A stretch of 63,122 nt of DNA, counting the filler, from Octopus bimaculoides (taxonomy: Eukaryota): assembly GCF_001194135.2 (NCBI RefSeq). It is 5 parts of 4 records of this genome, joined end to end, with 100 filler letters (N's around TTAATTAATTAA, not from the genome) between each part and the next. Parts side by side here need not be neighbours in the genome. Positions count along the whole stretch, not along the records: positions 18,367 to 47,641 come from NC_068982.1; positions 47,742 to 55,465 come from NC_068982.1; 3 more parts are not named here. One strand, written 5' to 3'. The position numbers were made by a program, and so were the translations under genes. Positions 36,008 through 48,642 of this stretch are shown in pieces (within the stretch, counting starts at the first letter, position 1; every line of letters begins with the position of its first letter). The notes under the pieces were generated by a model, which saw only the letters and a program-made list of their open reading frames with translations, was not told the origin of the DNA and did not search any database.

Positions 36008-36761
36008 ATTCTCGATCTGCACTTTTCGGACGATTATGGTCCCTGTTAGTGTATATGTTTATATTCACGTTCGTCAACTTCAGCATTAGAGCGGTTTAGC
36101 TCTTATTTCTAGCAATGTTGGTGTTTTCTAACACCCTAGTCACATTTAGTGACATTTGTAATTCTCTTTTTTGGTGAATCATTGCAAACTGTCGTTTATA
36201 TGAATTATATATATATATATATATNNNNNNNNNNNNNNNNNNNNNNNNNNNNNNNNNNNNNNNNNNNNNNNNNNNNNNNNNNNNNNNNNNNNNNNNNNNN
36301 NNNNNNNNNNNNNNNNNNNNNNNNNNNNNNNNNNNNNNNNNNNNNNNNNNNNNNNNNNNNNNNNNNNNNNNNNNNNNNNNNNNNNNNNNNNNNNNNNNNN
36401 NNNNNNNNNNNNNNNNNNNNNNNNNNNNNNNNNNNNNNNNNNNNNNNNNNNNNNNNNNNNNNNNNNNNNNNNNNNNNNNNNNNNNNNNNNNNNNNNNNNN
36501 NNNNNNNNNNNNNNNNNNNNNNNNNNNNNNNNNNNNNNNNNNNNNNNNNNNNNNNNNNNNNNNNNNNNNNNNNNNNNNNNNNNNNNNNNNNNNNNNNNNN
36601 NNNNNNNNNNNNNNNNNNNNNNNNNNNNNNNNNNNNNNNNNNNNNNNNNNNNNNNNNNNNNNNNNNNNNNNNNNNNNNNNNNNNNNNNNNNNNNNNNNNN
36701 NNNNNNNNNNNNNNNNNNNNNNNNNNNNNNNNNNNNNNNNNNNNNNNNNNNNNNNNNNNNN

Positions 36762-36915
36762 CCGGCTCAGCTAAAGAGTCTGATTAGAATAAGTGGCACA
36801 CATTTAAAAAACTAAACACTGGATTCGATTTGTTCGACTGAACCCTTTAAAGCAATCCCCCACCCCACCCCACCCAGCATGGCCACAGTCCAATGACCGA
36901 AACAAATAAAAGACA
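36762..36915 (+). mobile_element. SINE family A tail
   Basis: GATTTGTTCGACT...CAGCATGGCCACAGTCCAATGACCGAAACAAATAAAAG after the gap. Confidence 0.7.
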
Positions 36916-37892
36916 AAAGTAATATGAGTTTGCAAAAGGAACCGCTTTAGAGAGAGGAATAAGCTCCCAATAGAAACGAACCCATTTAGATTGCTCGTTT
37001 GTTTAAAACCCTTGATAAAAGCCGTTAACGTTACGCAATTTTATAATCCAATTGTTATAAATCTGAAGCTTATAATAAAATAAATATATGCTTTTTGTAT
37101 TTAAAATACGATGTTTAAAATGAAACACCGATTGTGCTTTCTTTTGTCTCGTGTGACTCTAATTATAATGTTCTTTCTTGTATGGTAATTACAGTGATTG
37201 TGTAAACCAACAGAGATTTAATTATTGTTCTGTAAATTTTAAACTTCGACTTTCCTTGGTGTTATTATTGGCAGAAGTTTACATTTAAATTACATAGAAA
37301 ATATTTGTTAGATCTATCATTAGATTTTTAGATATAGTTAGTTCAAACGAGATCATTTTTATCATTTTTATTCTTGCATTTTTTTTTATATATATAAAGC
37401 AAAAATTGTTAGAAAAGCAATTTATCTTTTAAAGATTATCTTAAGTGGTTGTTTCTCTAATCTTTTCTACACTGTTACCATCATCCTCATCAATTCCACC
37501 CCAACCAGCATAAACCGTTAGTAAATTAAATGCCACTGTTTTATCCAGTTTGTTTGCTTGATTGATCGTTTGGGAGTTAGATCTGATCTCCCCGAAACTA
37601 CTGAAGAAGTTCAAATTAATGTTTTGTTTTGTTTTTTTCACCAATGATTTTACTAAGCAAAATTATATTTCATATCTTCATTTTTCAAAATTTTGCTTTG
37701 ATTTTAGCAAATTATTTAAATATATTCCGGATTGTCTACAAGTTTTTAAATAAACGAGATCTGAATTGCAATAGAAATACTTCCACTCATACTTGTATAG
37801 AAGCAAAATTTCAGTCCATTAATGTTGCTGTAATTATGAGCAGAATTGTGTCTGGTTAAATGCTACATAGTATATATATTATTGTTCAAATT

Positions 37893-38515
37893 TAGGCGGC
37901 AGAAACTTTTAGAACATCGTACAAAATGCCATGCAGAATTTTTTCTGACTATTTACGTTCTGAGCTTAAATCATGCCGAAGTAAGCTGATTTTTTTCCAT
38001 ACATCCGGAGTCGATAATATAAAGTACAGTCAAGTACTTAGGGTAATGGTATCAACTTTTCCTCCCTCTCCTCAAATTTTTTGGTTTTATGCCTAAATCA
38101 GAAATCATTCTTGTCCAGGTGCAGACATGGCTGTGTCGTTAAGAATTTCGCTTTGCAATATTGTGATTTTGGGTTCTGTCCCACTGTGTGGAACCTTAGG
38201 CCAGTGTATACTATTTTACCCTCGGGCCTTGTGAATGAATCTGATCGACGGAGACTGTGTGGAAGTCTGTCGCATATGTGTGTGTGTGTGTGTATGTGTG
38301 TGTGTGTGTTCTTGTGTGTTTGTCCCCCACCACCGCTTGACAACCGATGCTGATTTGTTCACATTTCCGTGAATTAGCGATTCGGCAAAAGGGACCGATA
38401 GAATAAGTACTCGACTTAAAAAAAGAAAAAGAAGTGCTGGGATCGATTTGTTCGATTAAAACCCTTCGAGGAGGTGCCCCAGCATAGCCATAGCTTAATG
38501 AGTGAATCAAATAAA
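37893..38515 (+). mobile_element. Old family-B SINE (37893-38108) followed by an old family-A SINE (38119-38515)
   Basis: Diverged but collinear matches to both families. Confidence 0.75.
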
Positions 38516-38873
38516 ACATACATTGAAGGCAGAGAAAAAAAAATGATAAATCTGCCCAAGATCAACTTCTCCACCCTTCGTTAGTGGGAGAGGGTCGATA
38601 AGTTTAATACCAGTTATGTACTGGGAATCACCAGTTCTAGAATATTCTGTCATACTTTTACTAATATTTGGCGTTGTGCCAACGTTAGAAAGAATTACAC
38701 TGTGTAGCAAATTTCATTATTTTCTTCTTTTGTCTTTGGCCAGTAAGTGCTATTTCCTATTTGCTTGTATCAAGAAATCAAAGGAAATGACTTCTATCCC
38801 CTTCAAACTTTGTTTTTGTGACCTGGACATCAATGTTTTCAACCTGACAGATTCAGCTCTGAGTTGCTGAAGC

Positions 38874-38982
38874 AGAATTTTCTAGAACTTTCTAAAAGTT
38901 TCAAGAAATTTTCAGAAGTTTCTAATAGTTTCAAGAACGTTCAAGGAGTTTCTAAAAGTTTCAAGAATTTCTAGAACGTTCT
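38874..38982. promoter_or_regulatory. 10-bp tandem array of heat-shock-element-like units
   Basis: About 11 units with consensus TC(T/A)AGAAGTT; includes a perfect GAAttTTCtaGAActTTC. Confidence 0.6.
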
Positions 38983-39492
38983 GGCAATGTAAGTGGCAGT
39001 AATCGTAAGTTCAACAGTCCAGCTTACTTCTAGCTGGAGACAAGACAAGTTTGAAGAAAGCAAAGTTTGAAGAAAATATTAATCATTTTTCATACTTTCT
39101 AGAGAGAAGCAAATAGCAAATAACAGTTGCTACCTAAGGATAAAAATTGTGTTACACAGTGTTATCCGCCTAAGATTGTTTGCCAAGAAATCTTACAAAA
39201 GAAAAGAAAATATAAAGAAAAGTTGCAAATATCTTAGCATTCTTAAAGCACTGAACCGTACCAGTAAACGGCAGGTGATGTGATACTGCTGAAATCTGAG
39301 AAGCTTGTATAAGGTTTTATTTAAAAGGATTTTATAGACTCTTAGTACTTTCTTCATTCTGTTGAAAAGAACTAATTAAATAATGAACAATTGGAGCCCC
39401 GTATCGAGTATGCGTATCGTGAAAAGGATCTCACTAGAAAAAAGAAAACATCCCCCACCCCCAAAGATAGAAGAAACAAACAAAAAAAAACT

Positions 39493-39622
39493 ATGCAGGC
39501 TCTGGGTTCAGTCCCATTGCGTGGTACTAAGTGTCTTCTACTACAGCCTCAGGTTGAGCAAAGACTTGTGAGTGGATTTGGTAGACGGAAACTGAAAGAA
39601 TCCCGCCGTAAATATATGTATG

Positions 39623-39655
<33 letters not shown>
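39493..39655 (+). mobile_element. SINE family A, partial
   Basis: Central domain followed by internal (TA)n running into the gap. Confidence 0.8.
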
Positions 39656-39994
39656 NNNNNNNNNNNNNNNNNNNNNNNNNNNNNNNNNNNNNNNNNNNNN
39701 NNNNNNNNNNNNNNNNNNNNNNNNNNNNNNNNNNNNNNNNNNNNNNNNNNNNNNNNNNNNNNNNNNNNNNNNNNNNNNNNNNNNNNNNNNNNNNNNNNNN
39801 NNNNNNNNNNNNNNNNNNNNNNNNNNNNNNNNNNNNNNNNNNNNNNNNNNNNNNNNNNNNNNNNNNNNNNNNNNNNNNNNNNNNNNNNNNNNNNNNNNNN
39901 NNNNNNNNNNNNNNNNNNNNNNNNNNNNNNNNNNNNNNNNNNNNNNNNNNNNNNNNNNNNNNNNNNNNNNNNNNNNNNNNNNNNNNNNNGTAAT

Positions 39995-40367
39995 ATTGAT
40001 CTCAAATTTGATCAGAATTGCACAATTTCAAGGGAAGGAAGTAAGTCGACCCCAGTGTTCAACTAGTACTTATTTTATTGACCCCAGAACTTAAAAGCGG
40101 ACAAAATACCGCTCAGCATTTTGCTCGGCGTGCTAACGATCACCACCTTATATGGTTTCAGTTTTTGGCTCAAGGCCTGCAATTTCGGGGGAAGGGGAAG
40201 TCGATTACATCAGCCGCAGTGCTCAGCTGGTACTTATTCTATCGACCCCGAAAGGATTTATAGGCAAAGTTCACCTCGGCAGAATTTGAACTCAGAACGT
40301 AAAGACGGGCGAAATGCCGCTAAGTATTTTGCCCGGTGTGCTAACGATTGTGCTAGCTCGCCACCTT
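39995..40367 (-). mobile_element. Tandem pair of family-B SINEs
   Basis: An internally deleted copy (39995-40150) and a full copy (40151-40367). Confidence 0.85.
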
Positions 40368-40731
40368 GTTTTTAATATTAATGTCCATCATAAATACAAA
40401 GCAAATGTGGTAAGGAGTAGAGGTAACCAGGCGAAACGTGACGAATAGAAGAGGCAGAGGTGAGAGAGAGAGTGGTACAAGGCGAAAGATTTGAGGAGAA
40501 AGTGAAGTGGTATATAAAAACGTGGTGAGGAGAGGTAAAGGACGAAACGTGGTGGGAGTGTTAGGTACAGAACAAAAGTTTGTTACATGTGGTGAGAATG
40601 AGGAGGCACATGGAGAAACATGTGGTGGAAAGTAAAGGTAATTGAGTATGTCGTCTCTAGGATTTGTTTTAGTTTTTTTTTTAGTTAAGATAGCAGGCAA
40701 TGTTCCTTACTCTTTACAGGGTCTCTAAGAA

Positions 40732-40908
40732 GAGATGAGGAAGATATGCTTGAACTAGCGATTCGGCCTTAAGAACCTCCGAGATTCGTATGAGGAGATT
40801 AGGAAGATATTCTCGAACCAACGACCTGGCCTTAACGGCCTTCGAGACTGTTATGAGGGGATGAGGAAGGTATCATCAAACCAGCGACCTGCCCTTAAGG
40901 GCTTCTGT
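40732..40908 (+). repeat. 63-bp tandem repeat, about 2.8 copies
   Basis: Units start at 40732, 40795 and 40858 (GAGATGAGGAAGATAT...GCCTTAA...GAGA...TATGAG). Confidence 0.85.
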
Positions 40909-41021
40909 GAAGAGTGCAGAAGAAATCCTTAAACCAAAGATCTGCAAGAGTGAAAGGTAAAGAGCGTAAAGAGGTATAACTATGCAATGTTTTCTAACTT
41001 TGACACAAGACCAGGGTCGAG

Positions 41022-41096
41022 TAAGGCGGCGAGCTGGCAGAATCGTTAAGCACGTCGGGCAAAATGCTTAGCGCTATTTCGTCTGTCTTTATGTTC
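41022..41096 (+). mobile_element. SINE family B head
   Basis: TAAGGCGGCGAGCTGGCAGAATCGTTAAGCACG..., ending where the family-C element begins. Confidence 0.85.
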
Positions 41097-41102
41097 CCGT
41101 TT

Positions 41103-41479
41103 TGTGGAGGCACAATGGCCCTGTGGTTAGGGCAAGCGGACTCGCGGTCATAGGATCGCGGTTTTGATTCCCAGACTGGGCGTTGTGAGTGTTTATTGAG
41201 CGAAAACACCTAAAGCTCCACGAGGCTCCAGCAACGTACGGTGGTGAACCCTGCTGTATTCTTCCACCACAACTTTCTCTCACTCTTACTTCCTGTTTCT
41301 GTTGTGCCTGTAATTCAAAGGGTCAGCCTTGTCACGCTGAATATCCCCGAGAACTGCGTTAAAGGTACACGTGTCTGTGGAGTGCTCAGCCACTTGCACG
41401 TTAATTTCACGAGCAGGCTGTTCCGTTGATCGGATCAACTGGAACCCTCGACGTCGTAAGCGACGGCGTGCCAACAACA
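41103..41479 (+). mobile_element. SINE family C, full length with TSD
   Basis: Near-identical to 35122-35510; 12-bp TSD ATGTTC(C/T)CGTTT at 41091-41102 and 41480-41491. Confidence 0.95.
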
Positions 41480-41898
41480 ATGTTCTCGTTTCAATGAATT
41501 TTGTCAAAGAGAGAAAGAGGAAGAGGAAGAAGAAGGTATTNNNNNNNNNNNNNNNNNNNNNNNNNNNNNNNNNNNNNNNNNNNNNNNNNNNNNNNNNNNN
41601 NNNNNNNNNNNNNNNNNNNNNNNNNNNNNNNNNNNNNNNNNNNNNNNNNNNNNNNNNNNNNNNNNNNNNNNNNNNNNNNNNNNNNNNNNNNNNNNNNNNN
41701 NNNNNNNNNNNNNNNNNNNNNNNNNNNNNNNNNNNNNNNNNNNNNNNNNNNNNNNNNNNNNNNNNNNNNNNNNNNNNNNNNNNNNNNNNNNNNNNNNNNN
41801 NNNNNNNNNNNNNNNNNNNNNNNNNNNNNNNNNNNNNNNNNNNNNNNNNNNNNNNNNNNNNNNNNNNNNNNNNNNNNNNNNNNNNNNNNNNNNNNNNN

Positions 41899-41950
<52 letters not shown>

Positions 41951-42170
41951 CAACAGCAATAGCAGTGGCAGCAGCAGCTGTAGTAGCTGTTGTGGTGATA
42001 GTAGTAGTAACTGTAGTAGCAGTAATAGTACTAGTAGTGGTGGTGGGGGTGGAGGTGGGGGTGGTAGTTGTTTTGGTAGTAACTGCAGCGGTGACAGCTG
42101 TCTGTCTGTCTGTAGTAGTAGTATTAGCAGTAACTGCTGTGGTAGTTATAGCTATTGTAGTCGTAGTATC
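41899..42170. repeat. (GTA)n decaying into GTA/GCA/GTG low complexity
   Basis: Directly visible. Confidence 0.9.
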
Positions 42171-42650
42171 AATGGTAGAAATATATGAAGCCAGATTTTG
42201 GCTGACCGCGATATGATAGATAAAAGAAAATCAATTACAGATTACCGAGTGGTTGTTTGAAATAATGGGTGGCTCGAAATAAATCTTTATACCCATCCGC
42301 AACGAACACTTTAAACATCTTATTCCTGTTACATCTGCCATTGTTGTTGTTATTGTTATTGTTTGTTTCTTGTCTTTTTTTTTTTCTTAATCGAATAAAT
42401 TAATATGTAATGTGTGAAATAAAAAACTTTATTGTGAGGCAGCTGATAGTTTAGTGGGATATAGGATATCCACCTGGTGGCGTGTGCTCTTTGTAGGCTT
42501 GAATACAAGGTGACGATGGACTGTAACACATCCTAACCATCGCCGCCTATCCCACAAAACTCCATGTTAGAAATGGAACCCGGATCCTCTGACAGATTCG
42601 AAACTGTTATTGTAAGCTGACTACTAGAGTACTATGTTGCTCTAAATATT

Positions 42651-42836
42651 GGTTTCAAATTTTGGCACAAGACCAGCATTAACCCCCACTGCTCAATTGG
42701 TACTTATTTTATCGATCTTGAAAGGATACAAGGCAAAGTCAACCTCGGCGGAATTTGAACTCAGAATGTAAAGACGGACAAAATGCCACAAAGCATTTTG
42801 CCCTGCGTGCTAACGATTCTGCCAGCTCACTGCCTT
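42651..42836 (-). mobile_element. SINE family B with 16-bp TSD
   Basis: TSD TGTTGCTCTA(A/G)ATATT at 42635-42650 and 42837-42852. Confidence 0.9.
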
Positions 42837-42852
42837 TGTTGCTCTAGATATT

Positions 42853-43030
42853 ATGTACTCTGAACAATATATCCTCTGAGTCCTATGTCTCGTGAGTACT
42901 GTTACTCTAAGTACTGTACTCTCCGATTCTTGTCACCCCAAGTACGATGACCTCTGAGTACTGTTATCCCAAGTATTATATCCTCTGTATACCATGGCCC
43001 TTAAACGCTATGTCCGCTGAGTACTATTTT
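42853..43030. repeat. Degenerate ~16-17-bp minisatellite (CTCTGAGTACTGTTA-like)
   Basis: Recurrent GAGTACT/AAGTACT/AAGTATT cores; also present left of the SINE at ~42620-42650. Confidence 0.6.
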
Positions 43031-43186
43031 CTTTCAGTGTTTCTTTAGCCTTCACTAGTGATTTCAAACTACACCTGGGTGGTAGTTCAAATACCCCTGA
43101 GTGGTGGAGAATAATTTCATCTAATCCCATGCTCCATGCGGTTTTAGATTATCCTCACAAAATATTTACGTACAGTAGTAGTAGTA

Positions 43187-43623
43187 CTGTAAATCTTCGA
43201 GTATAATCCGCATTTTTTATCCAAAATTTAAAGGTCAAAATCCCTAGTGCGTACTATATACGAGGTTAAAAATGAAAAATATTTTCTAAGCAATGTCCGA
43301 GTATCTATTTGTTGCCCGGCAATGTTTATTCAGACGCATTTTGGGATGTCGGGCGCGAAAAGTTAATACATTAAGCTATATTTATTTTTCACTGACGTTA
43401 TTACTGCTATTTCTTTATTCTCTGCAAAGTGCACAAAAAAGCTGCACGTTTGCACTATGTTATATATACAATAATAATAAAGGACGTTACCGTATATATG
43501 TTTACAAACCAAGGACGTTATATAGACTTCCTTGACTCAAGTTAGAGAGGGGATGCGTATTATACACAAGGTTTAGGTTTTTCAGAGGTACAGCCCTCTA
43601 AAAATTCCCTCGAGAATTTATGG
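43187..43623. mobile_element. Tc1/pogo-type MITE
   Basis: TA flanks; imperfect TIRs CTGTAAATCTTCGAG / CTCGAGAATTTATGG. Confidence 0.65.
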
Positions 43624-43699
43624 TAGTAGTTTCAGTGGTGATGGTGGTTACGATGTAGTATCAATACTGATGAAGGCTAAAGAAACATTTATTAATTTA

Positions 43700-44365
43700 C
43701 AGTGCTCCCACCTCTTACTGCAGCGACCCTGTACTTGCAACCTATGTTTACTGACTCTTTAACACTGCAGAGTGCCGGTAACGGGAGTCGAACATCCGAC
43801 CCTTCTATCTTGAAAGAAATGATTGACACTCTACAAAGCTTAGGTGAGGTCCACAATGAAGTCTTGCTCTTCCACCTGTTACGGTATCGCTAAACTTCTA
43901 ACGCTGATCCTGCTGCTGTTGCTGCTACTGCTGCACACACATCCTAAGCCACATCCATAAATGGGTCACTTGACTAAATGGCAGACACACTGTAGCTTCT
44001 GGTCCACGGATGTGCTGTGTCTTCTCTCGTTGTCTTTTCCACCGTTACTATAATGGTCTCTTCTCAGAGCTGACTAGGTTCTTACTCATCTCTCTTCTTT
44101 GCATCTCACACGCTGTGTCCAATCCTCTCTACCCATGACTGCACTAAATACTACACATGCCATATCTACTCAGATATTCGTCTCTCTTCCTTTCTTCATC
44201 CTTATTACGCCCAATCTCGTCCCTCACGCCCTCCGCTAATTACTACTCCAAATTTCTCTTTCCCTGAACGTCAGTCCTCTGGAACTCCATTTTTACTCAT
44301 GTCTTTCTTGCAGATGTTGATTTAGAAGGGCTAAAAAGGAACATTAATGGCATTAACCTCACTGG
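43700..44365 (+). mobile_element. CR1/L2-group LINE 3' fragment
   Basis: Frameshifted LTLYKA*VRSTM, CLFHRYYNGLFSEL, FP*TSVLWNS..HVF...DLEGLKRNINGINL. Confidence 0.65.
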
Positions 44366-44592
44366 TCTTAGAGGGTCTCTGAAGGCCAAAATCACTGCCC
44401 TCCCGCATATAAATAGTATTTTATCGTAGAGAAGCAAACTAACGTATGCTTTTGGATGCAGCATGTCGTTATAAATTCTCATTTCTTTCAAAATAAAGCT
44501 ATGTCGCTGAAGAGATCGCGAATGGCGATGAAAGGATTTTGACAAGTCACTTATTGATTGATTAGGTGAATGACCAATCAAACAATCGATTA

Positions 44593-46872
44593 CACTGGTC
44601 AACAAAATGAAACTTTTTTTAATCATCAGAGTTGCTGATTGACTTTTCTGGGTTAATTTTTGACACTGATTACGAATCTGAAGTTCGATTTCCTCTATCG
44701 GGTCACATTTTCATGTTAATGATACCTGCTGTTTTGACTTATAGGATACGTAAAGCATGTCTATATAAAGTATATTGAATACAAGATACGATAATTTCAT
44801 GGCTTTTTATTGTNNNNNNNNNNNNNNNNNNNNNNNNNNNNNNNNNNNNNNNNNNNNNNNNNNNNNNNNNNNNNNNNNNNNNNNNNNNNNNNNNNNNNNN
44901 NNNNNNNNNNNNNNNNNNNNNNNNNNNNNNNNNNNNNNNNNNNNNNNNNNNNNNNNNNNNNNNNNNNNNNNNNNNNNNNNNNNNNNNNNNNNNNNNNNNN
45001 NNNNNNNNNNNNNNNNNNNNNNNNNNNNNNNNNNNNNNNNNNNNNNNNNNNNNNNNNNNNNNNNNNNNNNNNNNNNNNNNNNNNNNNNNNNNNNNNNNNN
45101 NNNNNNNNNNNNNNNNNNNNNNNNNNNNNNNNNNNNNNNNNNNNNNNNNNNNNNNNNNNNNNNNNNNNNNNNNNNNNNNNNNNNNNNNNNNNNNNNNNNN
45201 NNNNNNNNNNNNNNNNNNNNNNNNNNNNNNNNNNNNNNNNNNNNNNNNNNNNNNNNNNNNNNNNNNNNNNNNNNNNNNNNNNNNNNNNNNNNNNNNNNNN
45301 NNNNNNNNNNNNNNNNNNNNNNNNNNNNNNNNNNNNNNNNNNNNNNNNNNNNNNNNNNNNNNNNNNNNNNNNNNNNNNNNNNNNNNNNNNNNNNNNNNNN
45401 NNNNNNNNNNNNNNNNNNNNNNNNNNNNNNNNNNNNNNNNNNNNNNNNNNNNNNNNNNNNNNNNNNNNNNNNNNNNNNNNNNNNNNNNNNNNNNNNNNNN
45501 NNNNNNNNNNNATAATGCTTGTTAGTAGCACGACTGTCGCATAGACATAAAAAGCAACAGTATTTTGTGAACCCAGATTGCATTCCCATCAATATTCCAA
45601 TCACCTTTAAGTCTCTACATATTTTCCAGCTGTAATTTGTATACTTTATGGCATTCAGGAGTACTTGCATGTTTTCATAACACTCCTTCATGTGCACTGA
45701 ATGTCCTATGGGAATGGATGGTTTCTTATTGCCGTTATGCAGTAGTACTGCCTTGAGGCTTCTCTTAGATGAATCAATGAATAAGCGCCATTCAGCTGGA
45801 ACATTCTCTTGGAACAAACAGCGAAATAACTCATCAGTGTTATTACTGAAACAAAGTGGTCCATCAACAGAGGAGCATGAAGTCAGATCCCTATTTCTCT
45901 TCCTGAAATGAGTAATACAAACATCTTTCTTAAGCAGACATTTTTCTTGTAGGCGAGATGCTAATAGTTCAGCTTTATCCTTCGACAATGAAAGTCTCTA
46001 ACTAAATCATTTAACTCTCCTTGAGAAAATTTCTTTGGTACGTCTTCATTTTCAAATGTGAAATCTGCATCCACTTCAGTGTCTTCCACAGTAGTAGTAT
46101 TTTATTCAGGAAATACATCTTCGTCAGACATCTGAAGGCCATTTTCTGGTGGTATTGGATTAGGAAGATCATCATCGTTGTGTGGTACTGGTCTTCTTGC
46201 TGATTCCAAGTTGGGATACACAATCTTATGCTTGGTCTTTACAGTAAACCCACATACATTAACGTTGCAGAAATAACAGTCCATGAAATGATCCTTTGGC
46301 TCTCTCCATATCATAGGTATTGCAAGCAGCATTGCTCTCTTCCTCTTATTTAGCCAATCCTTTAGTCCATTTGAACAAGCTGAGCAGATGATGTGCGGGG
46401 CCCAACTCTTATCTTGATCCCCGAGAGAGCAGCGAAAGTATAACTGGTAGACCTTCTTGATTTCACTTGTGATGACACGTTGCTGAGCTTTGGTGGTAAA
46501 TGAACGACAGACATGACAAAATATATCAGGACTGTTCTTGCAATGCCTTGACCTCCTGAGTAGAATTTGATGATGATGATGATGATGATGATATAGCACC
46601 TTAAACAGAAAGTAAAATTTATGAAAAGAAAAGATTATGAAAACATAAAATTACAAAATGAATACAAATAGTTATCAAACAGAAGTCAGAATTTACCTGT
46701 GTAAGATGTTTACGTGTAGCGATACTACTGATGGGAGTTATATACCTCTCTTATCTCATCGGAAAATCTGTGCCTGATAGAAGAAAACCGATTATATTTT
46801 TGAAATCTGCGGACAAAACTTCTAATAAAACACCATATAATATCCCTGAGGAAAATTGGCTGTTGACCACTG
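44593..46872 (-). mobile_element. Chapaev3-type (CMC) DNA transposon, frameshifted, gap inside
   Basis: TIRs CACTGGTCAACA / TGTTGACCACTG; 3-bp TSD TTA (44590-44592, 46873-46875); protein CKNSPDIFCHVC..WAPHIICSAC..IWREPKDHFMDCYFC and WRLFIDSSKRSLKAVLLHNGN..DLKV..GFTKYCCFLC. Confidence 0.8.
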
Positions 46873-47404
46873 TTATTAATACGTTAAATAGTTAACCAAT
46901 TAACAAATACTAAAGAAGTGGAATAGAACCAGCGCATGTATTTATTATTGGTATAATAACCCTCCCGAGATACAACCAAAACCTATATTTTCTTTCTAAC
47001 ATAGTGATTGATAACGAAGATATTTAATTAACACTTGAACGTTGACAGAGTGAAAACTAATCTTGCATAAAAGTTCATAGTGTCCATATCTAAGAGTCAC
47101 TCAGAGACAGTTTCAACTATTCCTCATCGATAAGTTGACAGTTTTGCAGACGGGACCCGAACTCTTGTAGAATCAAATTATCATCGCTTCCACCTCACCG
47201 CCGTCATCTTGACACGGCGAATGTATCATTTAGCTCAACTAACATTATCTGCTGACAGTTTTGTCATGCTAGTTGTGCTATGCTAATAAACATTGATTGT
47301 TTCAGAAAGCAATAAATTAAACTAAAAAGCTATCATCTTTAATGAAAGTGTTTTAACTCCTGCTAAACATTATATAATGAAATATAATGAAATGACCATT
47401 CAAT

Positions 47405-47437
<33 letters not shown>

Positions 47438-47468
47438 TCAGTTGAATATACATACACACACATATATG

Positions 47469-47890
47469 TTTCAGTTTCCGTCTACCAAATCCACTCACAA
47501 GGCTTTGGTTGGCCCGGGGCTATAGTAGAAGACACTTGCCCAAGATGCCACTCAGTGGGACTGAACCCGGAACCATGTGGTCGGTAAGCACGCTACTTAC
47601 CACACAGCCACTCCTGCACCTATATATCTATATATATCTATNNNNNNNNNNNNNNNNNNNNNNNNNNNNNNNNNNNNNNNNNNNNTTAATTAATTAANNN
47701 NNNNNNNNNNNNNNNNNNNNNNNNNNNNNNNNNNNNNNNNNGACGGCCTTCCACACAGTTTCTATCTACCAAATTCATTCACGAGGTATTAGTCGGCCCA
47801 ACGTAATAGTAGAAGACAAATGTCCAAGGAACTGAACCAGAACAAACGTGGCTGCAAAGCGAGATTCTTAACCTCACAGTGATGCCTGCG
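47469..47890 (-). mobile_element. Two family-A SINE 5' halves (47469-47619 and older 47742-47890)
   Basis: Head and central domain on the minus strand, separated by a gap. Confidence 0.8.
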
Positions 47891-48198
47891 CTAAGTTTTA
47901 AACTTGTTTAACTACTCCACTCCTTTTTTTCAATAATGCACAATACATATATGAAATCACATCCTCCCCTCCTTCTCTGTCCTCCCCATATGCGCCATGT
48001 TTCTACATCACACCCAAGTCGTTAGCTACCTAATGAAAAGTACGAATTGGTTGACAGTTATAATTAGCTTGTTTTAGGTGTATTTACATACAGACAGGTG
48101 TATATTCAGACATAGGCATAAATATACCGAGACATTCATTAATACGCGCGCGCGCGCGCACATACGTACACACACATTTGCTTAAATGCGCGTAGAGA

Positions 48199-48286
<88 letters not shown>

Positions 48287-48608
48287 CACACACACAACTG
48301 TATAAACATATATATGCACATGTATACACGTATCTTCTACTTTTTATCTTTTACGTGTTTCAGTCATTAGACTGCGGTCATGCTGGGGCAGCGCACATAT
48401 ATATGAACTCATACATTTTATTCACAGATATATATAATTATAATGATTGGGATATTTACATTACGCCTTAATACACACACACACACACACACACATACAC
48501 ACACACACACACAAACACACACAGGTACGTATGTATATATGCATACATACACGCACGTCATATACGCAGGCGTGAATGTCGATGCCCATATATGTGTTTG
48601 TGTTCGCA

Positions 48609-48642
<34 letters not shown>

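Noticed and set aside
41371-42216. Val-rich membrane-protein-like ORF
   Set aside because: Translation of (GTA)n low-complexity DNA joined across a gap to a SINE.
43664-43690. CTGATGA-AGGCTAAA-GAAAC hammerhead-like string
   Set aside because: No stem II closure, no NUH site and no stem I. Similar CTGANGA hits at ~7975 and ~50140 fail in the same way.
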